Source: Octopus bimaculoides (taxonomy: Eukaryota). Taken from it: a stretch of 46,616 nt of DNA. Made by a program: the position numbers and the translations under genes. Shown here piece after piece: positions 11,451-23,580 of this stretch. Below the pieces are notes generated by a model that was given only the letters and a program-made list of their open reading frames with translations, was not told the origin of the DNA and searched no databases. How positions within the stretch are numbered: position 1 is the first letter of the stretch; each line of letters begins with the position of its first letter. The stretch is from NCBI RefSeq assembly GCF_001194135.2, contig NC_068993.1, positions 59,950,596 to 59,997,211 on the forward strand, written 5' to 3'.

Positions 11451-12688
11451 AACAAAATGTGTGACGAAAGTGCTTTGGCCAAGAAACAAAAATAATAATA
11501 GTAAAACTGAAGTGAAGACCAAACATACAGTGCGTGTGTTTTATTGGCTAAATATGACCATCCTGAAAGAGAGCAATATCTTTTTCAAATCACGATTTCA
11601 CGCCAAGGAGCTTGCGAAACAAAAACGTAAGCGTTATTCCTTATAATTTTCTTATTAATCGTTATTGTTTGCACGTGCAGATGTAAATCTCAACTGACAT
11701 TTGTCTTCGTCTTCTTCTAAATGTGTTTCCGGATTTTGTGGCCTAAGCAGAAGGAATTATTTTGCAACGGATCATTACATTTTGCATACAACCTTCCGGG
11801 ATCAGTAATACTATATATCCTAGTTGAATACTATGATCGATCTAATCGATTATACGCTGCTCCCAAAATTTGTGAGCTTCGGCTTAGCTTAGAAAACAGT
11901 CTAATCAACAGTGACCCCCACTCCAACTTATCCACAACATGGTCTTGTACCCCTGCTAAAAGACATTATCCTTATCATTGGAGATTAAGTTTCACACAAT
12001 TACTTTCTACGACGTTGTTTAAATGAATGAATGACTGGAAGAAAGATAATCGAGAAAGGAAGAAAGACAGAGATTAGTTGAATGGGAGAGAAGAATAAAT
12101 AAAGGCTGCCTCTCTTTTATTGTCATCTGATACTGAGAAGTGATTCTATACGGCTTCACTAGACACACTCCACCCATCTACCCACACAGCCGCCCCTCCA
12201 CTGCTCATTTTCTCATTTCGCTTACATTCATTCACTCAACACCGAGCTGTCTTGCGCCCGCCGAGTTTGCCTTCTCATGACTCCTAAACACAAAAATTGG
12301 TTGTAATTAGCCAAAAGTTTCTGCACTCCGTTCGTTTTTTTTTTTTTTTTTTTCTTAATTAATATATGCCTGCGTCAACAATGGATGCCAGCCACATGGA
12401 TGCCAAATGAGAAAGTAAAGGGAGGGAAGCATGGACAAAGAACGGGGTAGATGCACTATTGACGTATCTTGCTGTTCTTTACTGCGAGCGGGCGCTCGCG
12501 CACATACACACGCGCGCGCGCATTTACACAGTACATTTATACACACGTGTAGAAATGTGTGTATCCATTTGTCACAGTGTGTGTGTCCGTGTGTATACAC
12601 GTGTGTGTATGTGAGCTTGTTTCGTATGTATTAGCTAATCATCTCGGCGATAGATTTCTGACACTCATTTTGTTACCGAGTAAAGAAA

Positions 12689-12920
<232 letters not shown>

Positions 12921-13092
12921 CTTATTCATCGGATTTGTCCCCGAACTGCTAGCTCACAGAGACGTAAACTAACAAACACCGGCTGTCAAACAGTGTTGAG
13001 GGGCAAACACACATACTCGCGTGCGTCCAGGCACACACACATATATGAATATATATGTGTGTGTGTGTGTATACATAGATACATAGATAAAT

Positions 13093-13128
<36 letters not shown>

Positions 13129-13425
13129 GTATACATACATATATATATATATATATANNNNNNNNNNNNNNNNNNNNNNNNNNNNNNNNNNNNNNNNNNN
13201 NNNNNNNNNNNNNNNNNNNNNNNNNNNNNNNNNNNNNNNTATATATATGCGCGCATATACACACACGAACGGCTTCTTTCGATTTCCGTCTACCGATTCC
13301 ACTTAAATGACTTTGGTCGGCCGGGAGCTATAGCCGAAGACACATCCCCGACTTGACAGACAGTGGGACTGAACCCGGAACTATGTGGCTGGAAAGCAAA
13401 CTTCTTACCACATATCTACGACTGC
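12921..13425 (-). mobile_element. SINE family B copy with expanded internal microsatellite and an assembly gap
   Basis: 12921-13010 is the reverse complement of the family B 3' half. 13260-13425 (ggcttctttcgatttccgtctacc...gggactgaacccggaac...cttaccacat) is the reverse complement of the 5' half. Confidence 0.85.
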
Positions 13426-13878
13426 ATGCGCGCCAGCGTTCGTGTGTGTGTGTTCGTGTGTGTATGTGTGTGCGTGTGTGTGTCTGTGTAAAAATAGATA
13501 TAAATAAAATTCAGTAAAGGCAATGCATCCACACACGGATGAGAATCTATCATCTGGGTTTGATAAAGATAGAATGGCCGTCGTTGATGATCTTTTTCTT
13601 GTATCGTTTTTTTATTGTATTGTCATTGGTTAATTTTGTCTTTTTCTTTATGTTCCCCCGTTTAATTGTTGCTTTCGTTGTAAGAGTCCTTTGTGCTAAC
13701 ACTGGAACTTGTCAATGTGTCGTTCTAAAGCCAAGGACTCCCTCTGCGATACTCCCATAACTGCCACATCGGAAATACTCGCATCTGAAACACCTTTCAG
13801 CTGCACACGGTCTTTCCCTGCTCTTATGGATTTCACCATTGTATTCCATGGCAGCAGCAGGAGAAATAGCAGTAACAC

Positions 13879-13916
<38 letters not shown>

Positions 13917-14048
13917 ACATTTTTCCTTTTTTTTTTCTTTTACTATTTTCAACCATTAAACTGTGGCCATACTGGGGCACCACCTTGAAGAATTTCAGTC
14001 GAGCGAATCAACTCCAGTACCACCACTACCACCACCACCACCACCACA

Positions 14049-14177
14049 GAATGACAAACACGTTGGACAATGAAGTGCTGGATTTATATAAGATGCGGGA
14101 TTGTCTCAGATGGATTGCTTCTGATCACAGGTCTTTCGATCAAGACTGACCTAGGGCTAAACAACAACAACAACAAC
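14049..14177 (+). mobile_element. SINE-like family D, 3' part ending in an (AAC)n tail
   Basis: ...ctgatcacaggtctttcgatcaagactgacctagggctaaacaacaacaac is colinear with the 3' parts of the 29715 and 42495 copies. Confidence 0.6.
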
Positions 14178-14966
14178 CACAATAGGATTGCAGTAACAAC
14201 ACCTTCAATCATCGCAATTTCGGTTTCAAATCCACACACCAGCACTTTATTTAATTTTTGCAGATATTAATGCGTTTGTTGTTGTTGTATTTTTTGGTTT
14301 TTTTTTTTAGTATTTATTTAAATTCTTGCATTTGTTTGATTGTTTATCTATTTGTTTATTTATTTTAATACTTTCATTTTTTTTCCGTTGTGTTTGTTAA
14401 TTTTGTTTGTCGTCACCTCGGCTAATTTCATCCTTCTCGCAGCATCGTATTGTCACAACTGTTACCTTCTTCTTCCCAAACGTCAACTATAAACATCAAC
14501 AGCAACAACATCAGCATCACAACCACCACCACTACCAATAACAACAACAACAACAAACTCATAATCACATTCTCCTTTCTCTCCCCCATTTTTCTATTTT
14601 GTACTTTTTATTCACGCCATATTGTTTGGTTTTCCATTGTTGTTTCTTTGTTAGTGTTTTTTGTTTATTTATTCTTTTTTTCATTCTCAACTCTCTTGCT
14701 GAGTTTTTCACCAAAGTTTGACACGTGTTTCGATACCAGCGTCAAGAGAAAGCGAACTTGGGTCCATTTTACCATATGGTCAGACCATATTGACAGACTA
14801 CACAAATCCCTCCAAACGCCCACCGTATCTCTTCATTCCTAGCTTCCTGTTAAGCCTAATCCAATTATCTTGTCCGGCTGATCTCAGACGAGAGGAGCGG
14901 GCAGAGACAAGTAAACCATATTGACGTCAACAACCTATCAACCAATATGGACCACTCTCCTTACCT

Positions 14967-15068
<102 letters not shown>

Positions 15069-15229
15069 TATCCTCTTCCTTTCATTCACTTTTGTTTCTT
15101 TTTACTTACTTTCGATTTTCTCTCCCACTCTTCGCTTCACCCGAAATTCACTTTCTTTCATGTCATTCTCAAACTGTGTTCTATCAATCTACATACCTAT
15201 AGCTGTCTATAACAAGATTTGGCAGTGTA

Positions 15230-15235
15230 TACACA

Positions 15236-15323
<88 letters not shown>

Positions 15324-15333
15324 CATACATACA

Positions 15334-15362
<29 letters not shown>
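15230..15362. repeat. (CA)n-(TACA)n microsatellite
   Basis: Directly visible. Confidence 0.97.
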
Positions 15363-15365
<3 letters not shown>

Positions 15366-15383
15366 GCGGTATATATATAAATA

Positions 15384-16525
15384 TACCGAGTGCTTAAGGT
15401 ATTTGAGGACATACCTTTTGTGGATCATTGCTGTATTCTTTGCTAACTCTGTATAACCTTTGTTTCAGAAAATAACAATAGCAGACCCTCAGCTTACTCA
15501 AGAAATGAAGAGGCATGCTGTTATTGTGGTTATAAAGGCTGAGCATAGTGATTTAGAAATATCCCGAGTTTTAAAAGTTGCCAGATCTTTCGTCTAAGCA
15601 TAAAAAGCATTCTAAAGGCTCTGAAATCATCAGAAGACTACCTGAATTTATCCAGCGAGTTCAACAGACCATCAATTACAACCCCAGAAAGTCGGCGAGG
15701 TCAATTGCAAAAGATCTCTATATGTCAGAAGTAACAGTCGGAAATGTTGTCCACGAAGACATCAGATATAAGTCTTATATGATGAGGAAAGGTCAATTTG
15801 TCAGAAAAAGCAAAAGAAAATCAGAACATCAGATCTGAAACAAGCTCTTAAACAAACTGTAACACCCAGCAGAAGAAGATTTAATTTTTTTTCTTTTTTT
15901 TTTCAAACGAGAAAAACTTTGACCAAGATCAAAAAGTTAACAGAAGAAATGACAGATGGTTATGTGCAGACCCTTTTGAAGTTCTAAGTGTTATGCATAC
16001 AAAACCGCCTGCAAATGTCATGGTTTTAGAGGTTGTCAGTAATGAAGGACATGTGATGCCTCCTTCTTTCCACAAGGTCTTAGAGTTAACTTTGTTGCCC
16101 ACATTGAGGTCCTGGAAATAATTGTTAAGCCCTGGATAGAAAGTGTATGCAATGGAAGGCTATATGTGTTTCGATAAGACTCTACACTATCACACATGGT
16201 TCTGGTAACACAGGAATGGATGGCTGAACATTTTTATGATCACATAACCCCTAACATTTGGCCTCCTAATTCCCCAGATCTCAATCCATTGGACAATTAC
16301 ATGTGGAGCGTTTTTTGAGAGCTGCCATAGTCAGAGTAATGTCCAAAATGAACCAGGACCATTTGATTCGAGCATGGAGATGACTTAGATCACATATAGA
16401 AGCAGTTGTTGAAGCTGAAGGTGGCTTTACTGAATAACATTATAGAAAAGAAGGTTTATTTTTATCCTCATAACATTTTTTGATAAATAAAGTTATCTGT
16501 TATCATATATCTGTTTGTTTTATAA
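15384..16525 (+). mobile_element. Tc1/mariner DNA transposon, DD37D (maT-type), defective; right end lost in an N-gap
   Basis: Putative left end TA|TACCGAGTGCTTAAGGTATTTGAGGACA, followed by transposase remnants; the sequence runs into the gap at 16526. Confidence 0.85.
15505..16437 (+). pseudogene. DD37D transposase pseudogene
   Basis: Manual translation gives MKRHAVIVVIKAEHSDLEISRVLKVARSFV*, PRKSARSIAKDLYMSEVTVGNVVHEDIRYKSY (HTH), FSNEKNFDQDQKVNRRNDRWLC, VMVLEVVSNEGHVMPP, YVFR*DSTLSH, WPPNSPDLNPLDNYMWSV and EAVVEAEGGFTE*. I count 37 residues between the 2nd and 3rd catalytic D; the first D is mutated to N. Stops, frameshifts and deletions are present. Confidence 0.92.
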
Positions 16526-16758
16526 ANNNNNNNNNNNNNNNNNNNNNNNNNNNNNNNNNNNNNNNNNNNNNNNNNNNNNNNNNNNNNNNNNNNNNNNNNN
16601 NNNNNNNNNNNNNNNNNNNNNNNNNNNNNNNNNNNNNNNNNNNNNNNNNNNNNNNNNNNNNNNNNNNNNNNNTATATACATATATATATATATGTGTATA
16701 TATAATATTTACGTAAATATGTATGCATGGATCTGTGTATGATATGTATGCATCTATC

Positions 16759-16802
<44 letters not shown>

Positions 16803-16852
16803 TATATATATGGTGGTTGTTTATGCATACATATCACACACACACACGCACA

Positions 16853-16889
<37 letters not shown>

Positions 16890-17557
16890 GCACATATATA
16901 TGGACAATACATGATATATACATACACACGCCATCTCTCTCTCCCTCACTTTCTCTCTCTCTCCCTCTTTCTCTCTCACTCTCTTTCAGACAAAAGAAAA
17001 ACATGTATAAAAACATGCTGCTCTGCTGCAACGCCTGGAAACAGTCTCTCTGTCAACGCCATCAAAATTATCGTCACCACGAACACCGTTGCTGTTGCCA
17101 CTATCAGCACCAGCAATATCAACAACGACACCGCCATCGCAGGGACCAACGAGGCCAACACCATCATCATCATCACTACACTGGACTATAACAGCGCCAA
17201 TACCATCGTAATCACACTCCGTACCAGACACACCACCACTAACGCCATCTCTAGCGGCACCACGAACGCTGGAACCGTCGACTTCTACCTCTACCTATCA
17301 TCCCCAAAGTCGTAGGAATTCCAATTTGACACCAGACAGGCTGGCAGAGTTTGTCAAGCTGTTTTGCAGGCGTCTCAACCAGTCCAGTGGGGTGTGAAAA
17401 GGTTCCTCGGTCGCCGGTGCAACTCTATTCAACGATATTGTTCTTCTCCGAATTCTGCACGTCTAGCCACCTTATCTGGCTGGATATAACATGGCGTCGC
17501 AAATTCAGCTGAGCGCTAACGTACACACCACTCAACACACGCACGCACAGACATACG

Positions 17558-17593
<36 letters not shown>

Positions 17594-17646
17594 GACACAT
17601 AGATTGCCTTGCACGAACACAAGTACGTAGACTATATGTGCCTCTT

Positions 17647-17700
<54 letters not shown>

Positions 17701-17764
17701 CATACACACATACACAAACATATACATACATATAGATAGATATCTGAATACATACATTTATATC

Positions 17765-17818
<54 letters not shown>

Positions 17819-17880
17819 ACGAACTTTTGTAATGAAAATATTGACTATGGGTTCGAATTTTCAACTTGCTCGCCTTCATC

Positions 17881-17920
17881 TGACTTGATCAGACTTCATC
17901 AGACTTGATATAACTTGATA
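17881..17920. repeat. 10-bp tandem repeat (CAGACTTGAT), about 4 imperfect copies
   Basis: tgacttgatcagacttcatcagacttgatataacttgata read directly. Confidence 0.75.
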
Positions 17921-18954
17921 AATGTGTACTCTACTAAACAGGTACGTCGAACATCAGTGCGTGGTACAAAGTATTCTATATCCATGGGTTGACCAATGGT
18001 TTCTAAGTGAAATTTGTTTCACGCAAACCAGGCCATTGTACGTCACCTATTTGAGTGAGTCTTAGTGAATGACTCAGTGTCCATGGTGACGTTCACGTTT
18101 ACACTGCTCAAGAAGCGGCGCTGATGTTTCTCATCCGTAACTTAGACTCTCGGAAACTAGTTGCGGTGTAGTACGAAACTGAATGATAAACACTGGATCT
18201 GATAATTAGCCATTAAAACCTCGGAGGCGTTGCCCCAGGATTTGTGCAGTCGAGAACCTGAATGAAGAAAGACTGTGTGTCAGTACAGATACACACACAC
18301 ACACACACACACATGTATATATATATATATNNNNNNNNNNNNNNNNNNNNNNNNNNNNNNNNNNNNNNNNNNNNNNNNNNNNNNNNNNNNNNNNNNNNNN
18401 NNNNNNNNNNNNNNNNNNNNNNNNNNNNNNNNNNNNNNNNNNNNNNNNNNNNNNNNNNNNNNNNNNNNNNNNNNNNNNNNNNNNNNNNNNNNNNNNNNNN
18501 NNNNNNNNNNNNNNNNNNNNNNNNNNNNNNNNNNNNNNNNNNNNNNNNNNNNNNNNNNNNNNNNNNNNNNNNNNNNNNNNNNNNNNNNNNNNNNNNNNNN
18601 NNNNNNNNNNNNNNNNNNNNNNNNNNNNNNNNNNNNNNNNNNNNNNNNNNNNNNNNNNNNNNNNNNNNNNNNNNNNNNNNNNNNNNNNNNNNNNNNNNNN
18701 NNNNNNNNNNNNNNNNNNNNNNNNNNNNNNCTAAGCTAAGTTGGCAGTGGCTGGTAACAATGTCCAATCTTAAGATCCTTCGAACGATATCGAAATATCA
18801 TAGAGCAATCGACAAATAACTTTCACTGTCGTAAATCCCTGGGGACTCTTGCTATGAACTGGCGCCAAAGTTATACGAACGCCTCTTCTACTCCTCAGGG
18901 ATATCATTAGCCGGAGTTGTGCGTTGAGGGCAAAAGAAGGAACTTTTTTCATTT

Positions 18955-19034
18955 ACTACCACCATTACTACAACACCAACTACTACTACTACTACTACTA
19001 CTACTGCTACTACTACTACTACTACTACTACTAC

Positions 19035-19066
<32 letters not shown>

Positions 19067-19160
19067 TTAGGATTACTATTAATATTGATATTAGTAGTAA
19101 TAGTAGTAGTTGATGTTGTAGTATGATGATGATGAGTAGGAGGAGGAAGAGGTGGAGGAT
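18955..19160. repeat. Compound, partly decayed (ACT)n/(AAT)n/(AGT)n/(GAT)n/(GGA)n triplet array
   Basis: Directly visible. Confidence 0.9.
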
Positions 19161-19520
19161 AAAACTCACACCTTATTTTGCTGGGTATGATGGTAAGTGT
19201 CAGCTTCCCACAGCCAGCAGACTAAGGTGACACTTGTTTACTGGTCATGCTTCAAGAACCCTGCCAAGAATTCTTGCAGTTCCAAGCAATGCTGACTTTT
19301 GTAGGTGTTCTATATTTACCTGATAGTTCCAGGTACGCCAATTACTATTGGTACCAAGTCTACTCTCTCTTTTGACTACAACCTTCTTATTTCCAACTCC
19401 AAATCATCGTAGTTGGTCAGTTCCTATTCCTCTTCTTCTTTGATCCTGTTGTTACCACGACATGCTATGTTGATTATCATGCATGTTCTTTCTTTTTTTT
19501 TTCACCACAACAATGTCCAG
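19161..19520 (-). mobile_element. 5'-truncated R4/Dong/Rex6-clade non-LTR retrotransposon (RLE endonuclease C-terminus plus 3' UTR)
   Basis: Minus strand reads LDIVVVKKK/ERTCMIINIACRGNNRIKEEEE*ELTNYDDLELEIRRL*SKERVDLVPIVIGVPGTI/VNIEHLQKSALLGTARILGRVLEA* (stop at 19245-19247). This follows the R4-clade pattern PDIV..D.....IIDIA.P.D....KE.EK..KY.DL..EI.RLW....VPIVIGALG...LQK.ALLGTARIL. One +1 slip in the poly-A run and one internal deletion. Confidence 0.88.
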
Positions 19521-19550
19521 TTATTATTATTATTATTATTATTATTATCA

Positions 19551-19626
<76 letters not shown>
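19521..19626. repeat. (TTA/TAA)n microsatellite abutting the R4 fragment
   Basis: Directly visible. Confidence 0.97.
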
Positions 19627-19630
<4 letters not shown>

Positions 19631-19663
19631 TTGTCTTATTTTCATCACATACATTCACTGCAC

Positions 19664-19732
19664 CTTAGGTGTTTCGCTCATAAACACACACATCACCTGG
19701 TCTGAGATTCGAACCCGCGATCTCTCGACCGC
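19664..19732 (-). mobile_element. SINE family A-related head fragment
   Basis: Reverse complement gcggtcgagagatcgcgggttcgaatctcagaccagg...ttatgagcgaaacacctaa matches the family A head, with a canonical B-box GGTTCGAATC. Confidence 0.75.
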
Positions 19733-20320
19733 CAATATTTTATGTGGTCTGAACAAATTCATGACGATGTGCATCCGACAGTTTTTAGAGGTCCTATGGG
19801 TGTGTATGGATGTGTATCTGCTGATGTGTCTTTCATATGCGTATGTTTGTGAACGTCTGTCTGGCTATGCATGTTCTATATGTGCACGTTTGTGTATGTA
19901 TGTATGTATGTATGTGGGCATATATGAGTGCTTGAGTGTATGCACATCAATGAACAGTTTTAGTTCTGTTTATATGTGTGTGAGTGAATGTGCGTGTGCC
20001 TGTATGTATGCGCGTGTCTGTGAGTGAAGGAGGGACACAGTCATAAATAGAGAAAAACAGAACAGAAAAAAAAACGATAAACAAATTCAAGAAAAACAGA
20101 AAACATTTTCATAAAATTTCCTTTATACGCGCACACATATACACACATATATACACACATATGCACACATGCACGCTCGTAATTCGTATACGCACATATA
20201 TATATATATATATATATANNNNNNNNNNNNNNNNNNNNNNNNNNNNNNATGTATATGTATATGTGTATGTATATTTATGCACACGTACATATATAACGAC
20301 AGGCAAACCGACAGACAGAC

Positions 20321-20376
<56 letters not shown>

Positions 20377-20814
20377 TGGTAGGTAGCTAGGTAGGTAGGT
20401 AGGTAGGTATTACTGTCAAATTTGTCCCTTATCCTTTTTCGTATTAGTATCAATACTAACACTGTATATTAGAAATTCCTTCCTTCATTTACTTTTGCTG
20501 TTCGACGGACAACCCCTGCTGAGTTGTTTGACAAGCTTGGTTTGGAATTTTCATGGGAGAATACAGAGATGGGTCCCCGATGCCATTGTTTCTCTTTTCA
20601 TGGTTTATTTATTTTTTTACGAGACACCTACTCTCTTTGTCGCCTTCAGTCAAAACCGAGAAATTTGCAGAGAAAGCTGTCTGAGGAAAACTGGAACTCT
20701 GCTCCATACTTGTTCGGTGTTTGGCGACAGAATGACTAGCGAAGATGAACCCCGTGGAAATTGAATTAAGTCCTCAGGTAACAGGGACAAACATCGTAAC
20801 GCATTCTATTCTAT

Positions 20815-20880
20815 CCGATGCTCGACCGACCTGCTAGAATCTCCTCGTTAAACTAGAAAACATTGTCTTCAAAATGTTAA
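20815..20880 (+). mobile_element. SINE-like family D, degraded fragment
   Basis: gacctgctagaatctcctc...attgtcttcaaaa resembles ccctgctaaaaataactgtcaaatcttcctc...attgtcttcaataa at 42735. Confidence 0.4.
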
Positions 20881-21044
20881 GTTCATCTTTATGTTTTGTT
20901 ATCATCTTATAAATTGTTAAGCACTGGAGAAGAGGACATGTATATGAGAGTTTGAATTGTTAGGAACGATGATTAAACCTTCTTCAAAGAGTTTTCACAA
21001 CTACGTTTATATATTGGTTTCAAATTTTGACGAAAAGGCAGCAC

Positions 21045-21214
21045 CTTCGGAGGACGACTAAGTCGATTACATCGAACTCTTGTACTTAACGACCCCGAAA
21101 GGAGGAAAAGCAAAATCGACCTCGGCGGAATTTGAACTCAGAATGTAAAGACGGGTGAAATGCCGCTAAGCATTTTTGTCCGGCGCGTTAACGACTCTGC
21201 AAGCTCGACACCTT
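21045..21214 (-). mobile_element. SINE family C copy
   Basis: agtcgattacatcga...gaccccgaaagga...gacctcggcggaatttgaactcagaa...gccgctaagcattt...ctgcaagctcgacacctt. Confidence 0.88.
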
Positions 21215-21240
21215 AAATACGCATTTATAATAATTCGAAA

Positions 21241-21433
21241 TTTTGGCACAAGGCCAGCAATTATTAGAGGAGGGGGTAAGTCGATTACATCGACCCCAGT
21301 ATTCAACTGGTACTTATCTTATCGACGTCAAAAGACGAAAGACAAAGTTGGCGGAATCTGGACTCAGGACTCGAAAACGGACGAAATGCCACGAAGCTCG
21401 CCGTGCTAACGATTGTGCCAGCTCCAACGCCTT
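21241..21433 (-). mobile_element. SINE family C copy, near full-length
   Basis: ttttggcacaaggccagcaa...aagtcgattacatcgaccccagt...tgccagctccaacgcctt; tandem with the previous copy. Confidence 0.88.
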
Positions 21434-21457
21434 AACTACACTTCTGTATTAAGACGC

Positions 21458-21856
21458 TGTGGAGGCGCAATGGCCCAGTGGTTAGGGCAGCGGACTCGCG
21501 GTCATAGGATCGCGGTTTCGATTCCGAGACCGGGCGTTGTGAGTGTTTATTGAGCAAAAACACCTAAAAGCTCCACGAGGCTCCGGCAGGGGATGGTGGC
21601 GAAACCTGCTGTACTGTCTCACCACAACTTTCTCTCACTCTTACTTCCTGTTTCTGTTGTGCCTGTAATTCAAAGGGCCATCCTTGTCACACTCTGTGTC
21701 ACGCTGAATATCCCCGAGAACTACGTTAAGGGTACACGTGTCTGTGGAGTGCTCAGCCACTTGCACGTTAATTTCACGAGCAGGCTGTTACGTTGATCGG
21801 ATCAACAGGAACCCTCGACGTCGTAAGTGACGGAGTACCAACAACAACAACAACAA
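21458..21856 (+). mobile_element. SINE family A, full-length with (AAC)n tail and 11-bp TSD
   Basis: tRNA head with cggactcgcgg loop (TCG anticodon position, tRNA-Arg-like) and (CAA)n tail. TATTAAGACGC occurs at both 21447-21457 and 21857-21867. Confidence 0.93.
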
Positions 21857-22336
21857 TATTAAGACGCCATAACTTCGTTTCTATCTTAAATTATTATAAA
21901 GTGTCATGCTTCGGTTTATATTATACAGTGATGACATCACTATGTTCATTACTATAATATCATAACTATATTTTCTATGTTAGGATATACTAATTAGGTG
22001 TATCTGCAATCATAAATAACTGGTTAAACTATATCTTAATCTTCTTCATGTTTGTTCTACATATTTGGGCATCTCCTGTCCGCTTCCACTCAGACATCAT
22101 CTACAATTACAAAATACGTCAGTGTTTCCATCATCGACACCCTTGCCAGCCACATTCAGACACACCCAGCCACACCCAATTTCAGCATCTAACTGGCATC
22201 GACTATAATTACCGTAATCGCGACGGTGGCGGCGGCGGGAACTGCCAGTTTTGTTTTATTAAATTTTCTTTATTTTTTATTTGTTTAGCTTTTTTGTGTC
22301 TTCACAATTTCTGTGCGGTTTTTCCAAATTTTGAGG

Positions 22337-22412
22337 TATCATCATCATCATCGTCGTCGTCACCACCACCACCGCCACCACCACCATCACCGCCACCATC
22401 ATTGTCATCTTT

Positions 22413-22466
<54 letters not shown>

Positions 22467-22495
22467 GTCGTCGTCGTCGTCGTCGNNNNNNNNNN

Positions 22496-22566
<71 letters not shown>

Positions 22567-22620
22567 TGTCGTCATCGTTGCAATATTTGCTCCCAAATAT
22601 TCGTTATCATCTCTTCCATA
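22337..22620. repeat. (CAT)n/(CAC)n/(CGT)n triplet array containing a small gap
   Basis: Directly visible. Confidence 0.93.
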
Positions 22621-23320
22621 CCTCTTACTTCTCCCCATTATCATCATCGTCGTCGTCAGCAGCAGTTACTGCGGTACAAGACACTACTGCTACTACTACT
22701 ACTACGACTTTTCCAATCTGACCAAGCAAGGCAGCGCTGACAGAAATTTGAAGCGAAATATTGTTTAGTGGGAGGGTGTGGAGCATGTGGCCCTCAGTGT
22801 TTCATCTTTAAAACACAAGAAAGTGCAAAAGCATGAACCCGATTAGTAATTGACACATATGCCCATAAGGTGGTTCCACATCATTCAACGGAGTTTGGGG
22901 TTAGCATCGCAAGAATCACCATCAAGGATATCGATTATGATGGTGACTAACATTATTATTTCCTACTTCTATTAATGGTCGCATAAATCCAAGACATTTC
23001 AGAGATACAAACGCATAAATTAAGGCTTTACATCGAGTGAAAAGAAATCAAGAAAAACCGAACAAGACAGCATAAATGGCAATAAAAAATGACCATCACA
23101 AGGAAGATCACCGAATGTAACTAGGGGAGAGAAATCCACACGAAACCATGGAAGTATCTATTCTTTTTTGCCTTTCATTCAATTGTTAAAGCTTCAGCCA
23201 AGTGCAATAGTTGACTATTGGATCGTCGTTCAAACCGACGCCTTCTGCTGACGTTAGAAATCAGTTGTAGCATGCCTACCAGTAATACTAATACTAATGC
23301 TACATTTATCTCAAGTTACA

Positions 23321-23355
23321 CCACCACCACCCTCACCACCACCACCCTCACCACC

Positions 23356-23419
<64 letters not shown>

Positions 23420-23433
23420 GCAACAACAACAAC
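23321..23433. repeat. (CAC)n-(AAC)n microsatellite
   Basis: Directly visible. Confidence 0.95.
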
Positions 23434-23455
23434 TCTTACTAGTATTGCCTCCAAG

Positions 23456-23580
23456 TTTTGGCACAAGGCTAGCAATTTCAGGGGAGAGGTAAATCGATTA
23501 CATCGACCCTCCGCCACAGGGCTCAACTGATACTATTTTATCGACCCATCCCCGAATGCAAAGTCAGCCTCGGCGGAAGT
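23456..23580 (-). mobile_element. SINE family C, 3' part
   Basis: ttttggcacaaggctagcaatttc...aatcgattacatcgacc...ttttatcgaccc...cctcggcggaa. Confidence 0.82.

Noticed and set aside
16794-17315. 173-aa Thr/Asn/Ile-rich ORF with 3-nt periodicity (similar tracts at 24400-24900, 26540-26800 and 46300-46590)
   Set aside because: The periodicity is explained by decayed (CAN)n/(ACC)n triplet repeats; the start lies in dinucleotide repeats and there are no splice or domain signals.
17491-17520. aacATGGCGTCG start-like context (MASQIQLSAN)
   Set aside because: It runs straight into (CA)n, the donor would be weak (AAC|GTACAC), and nothing downstream supports it.
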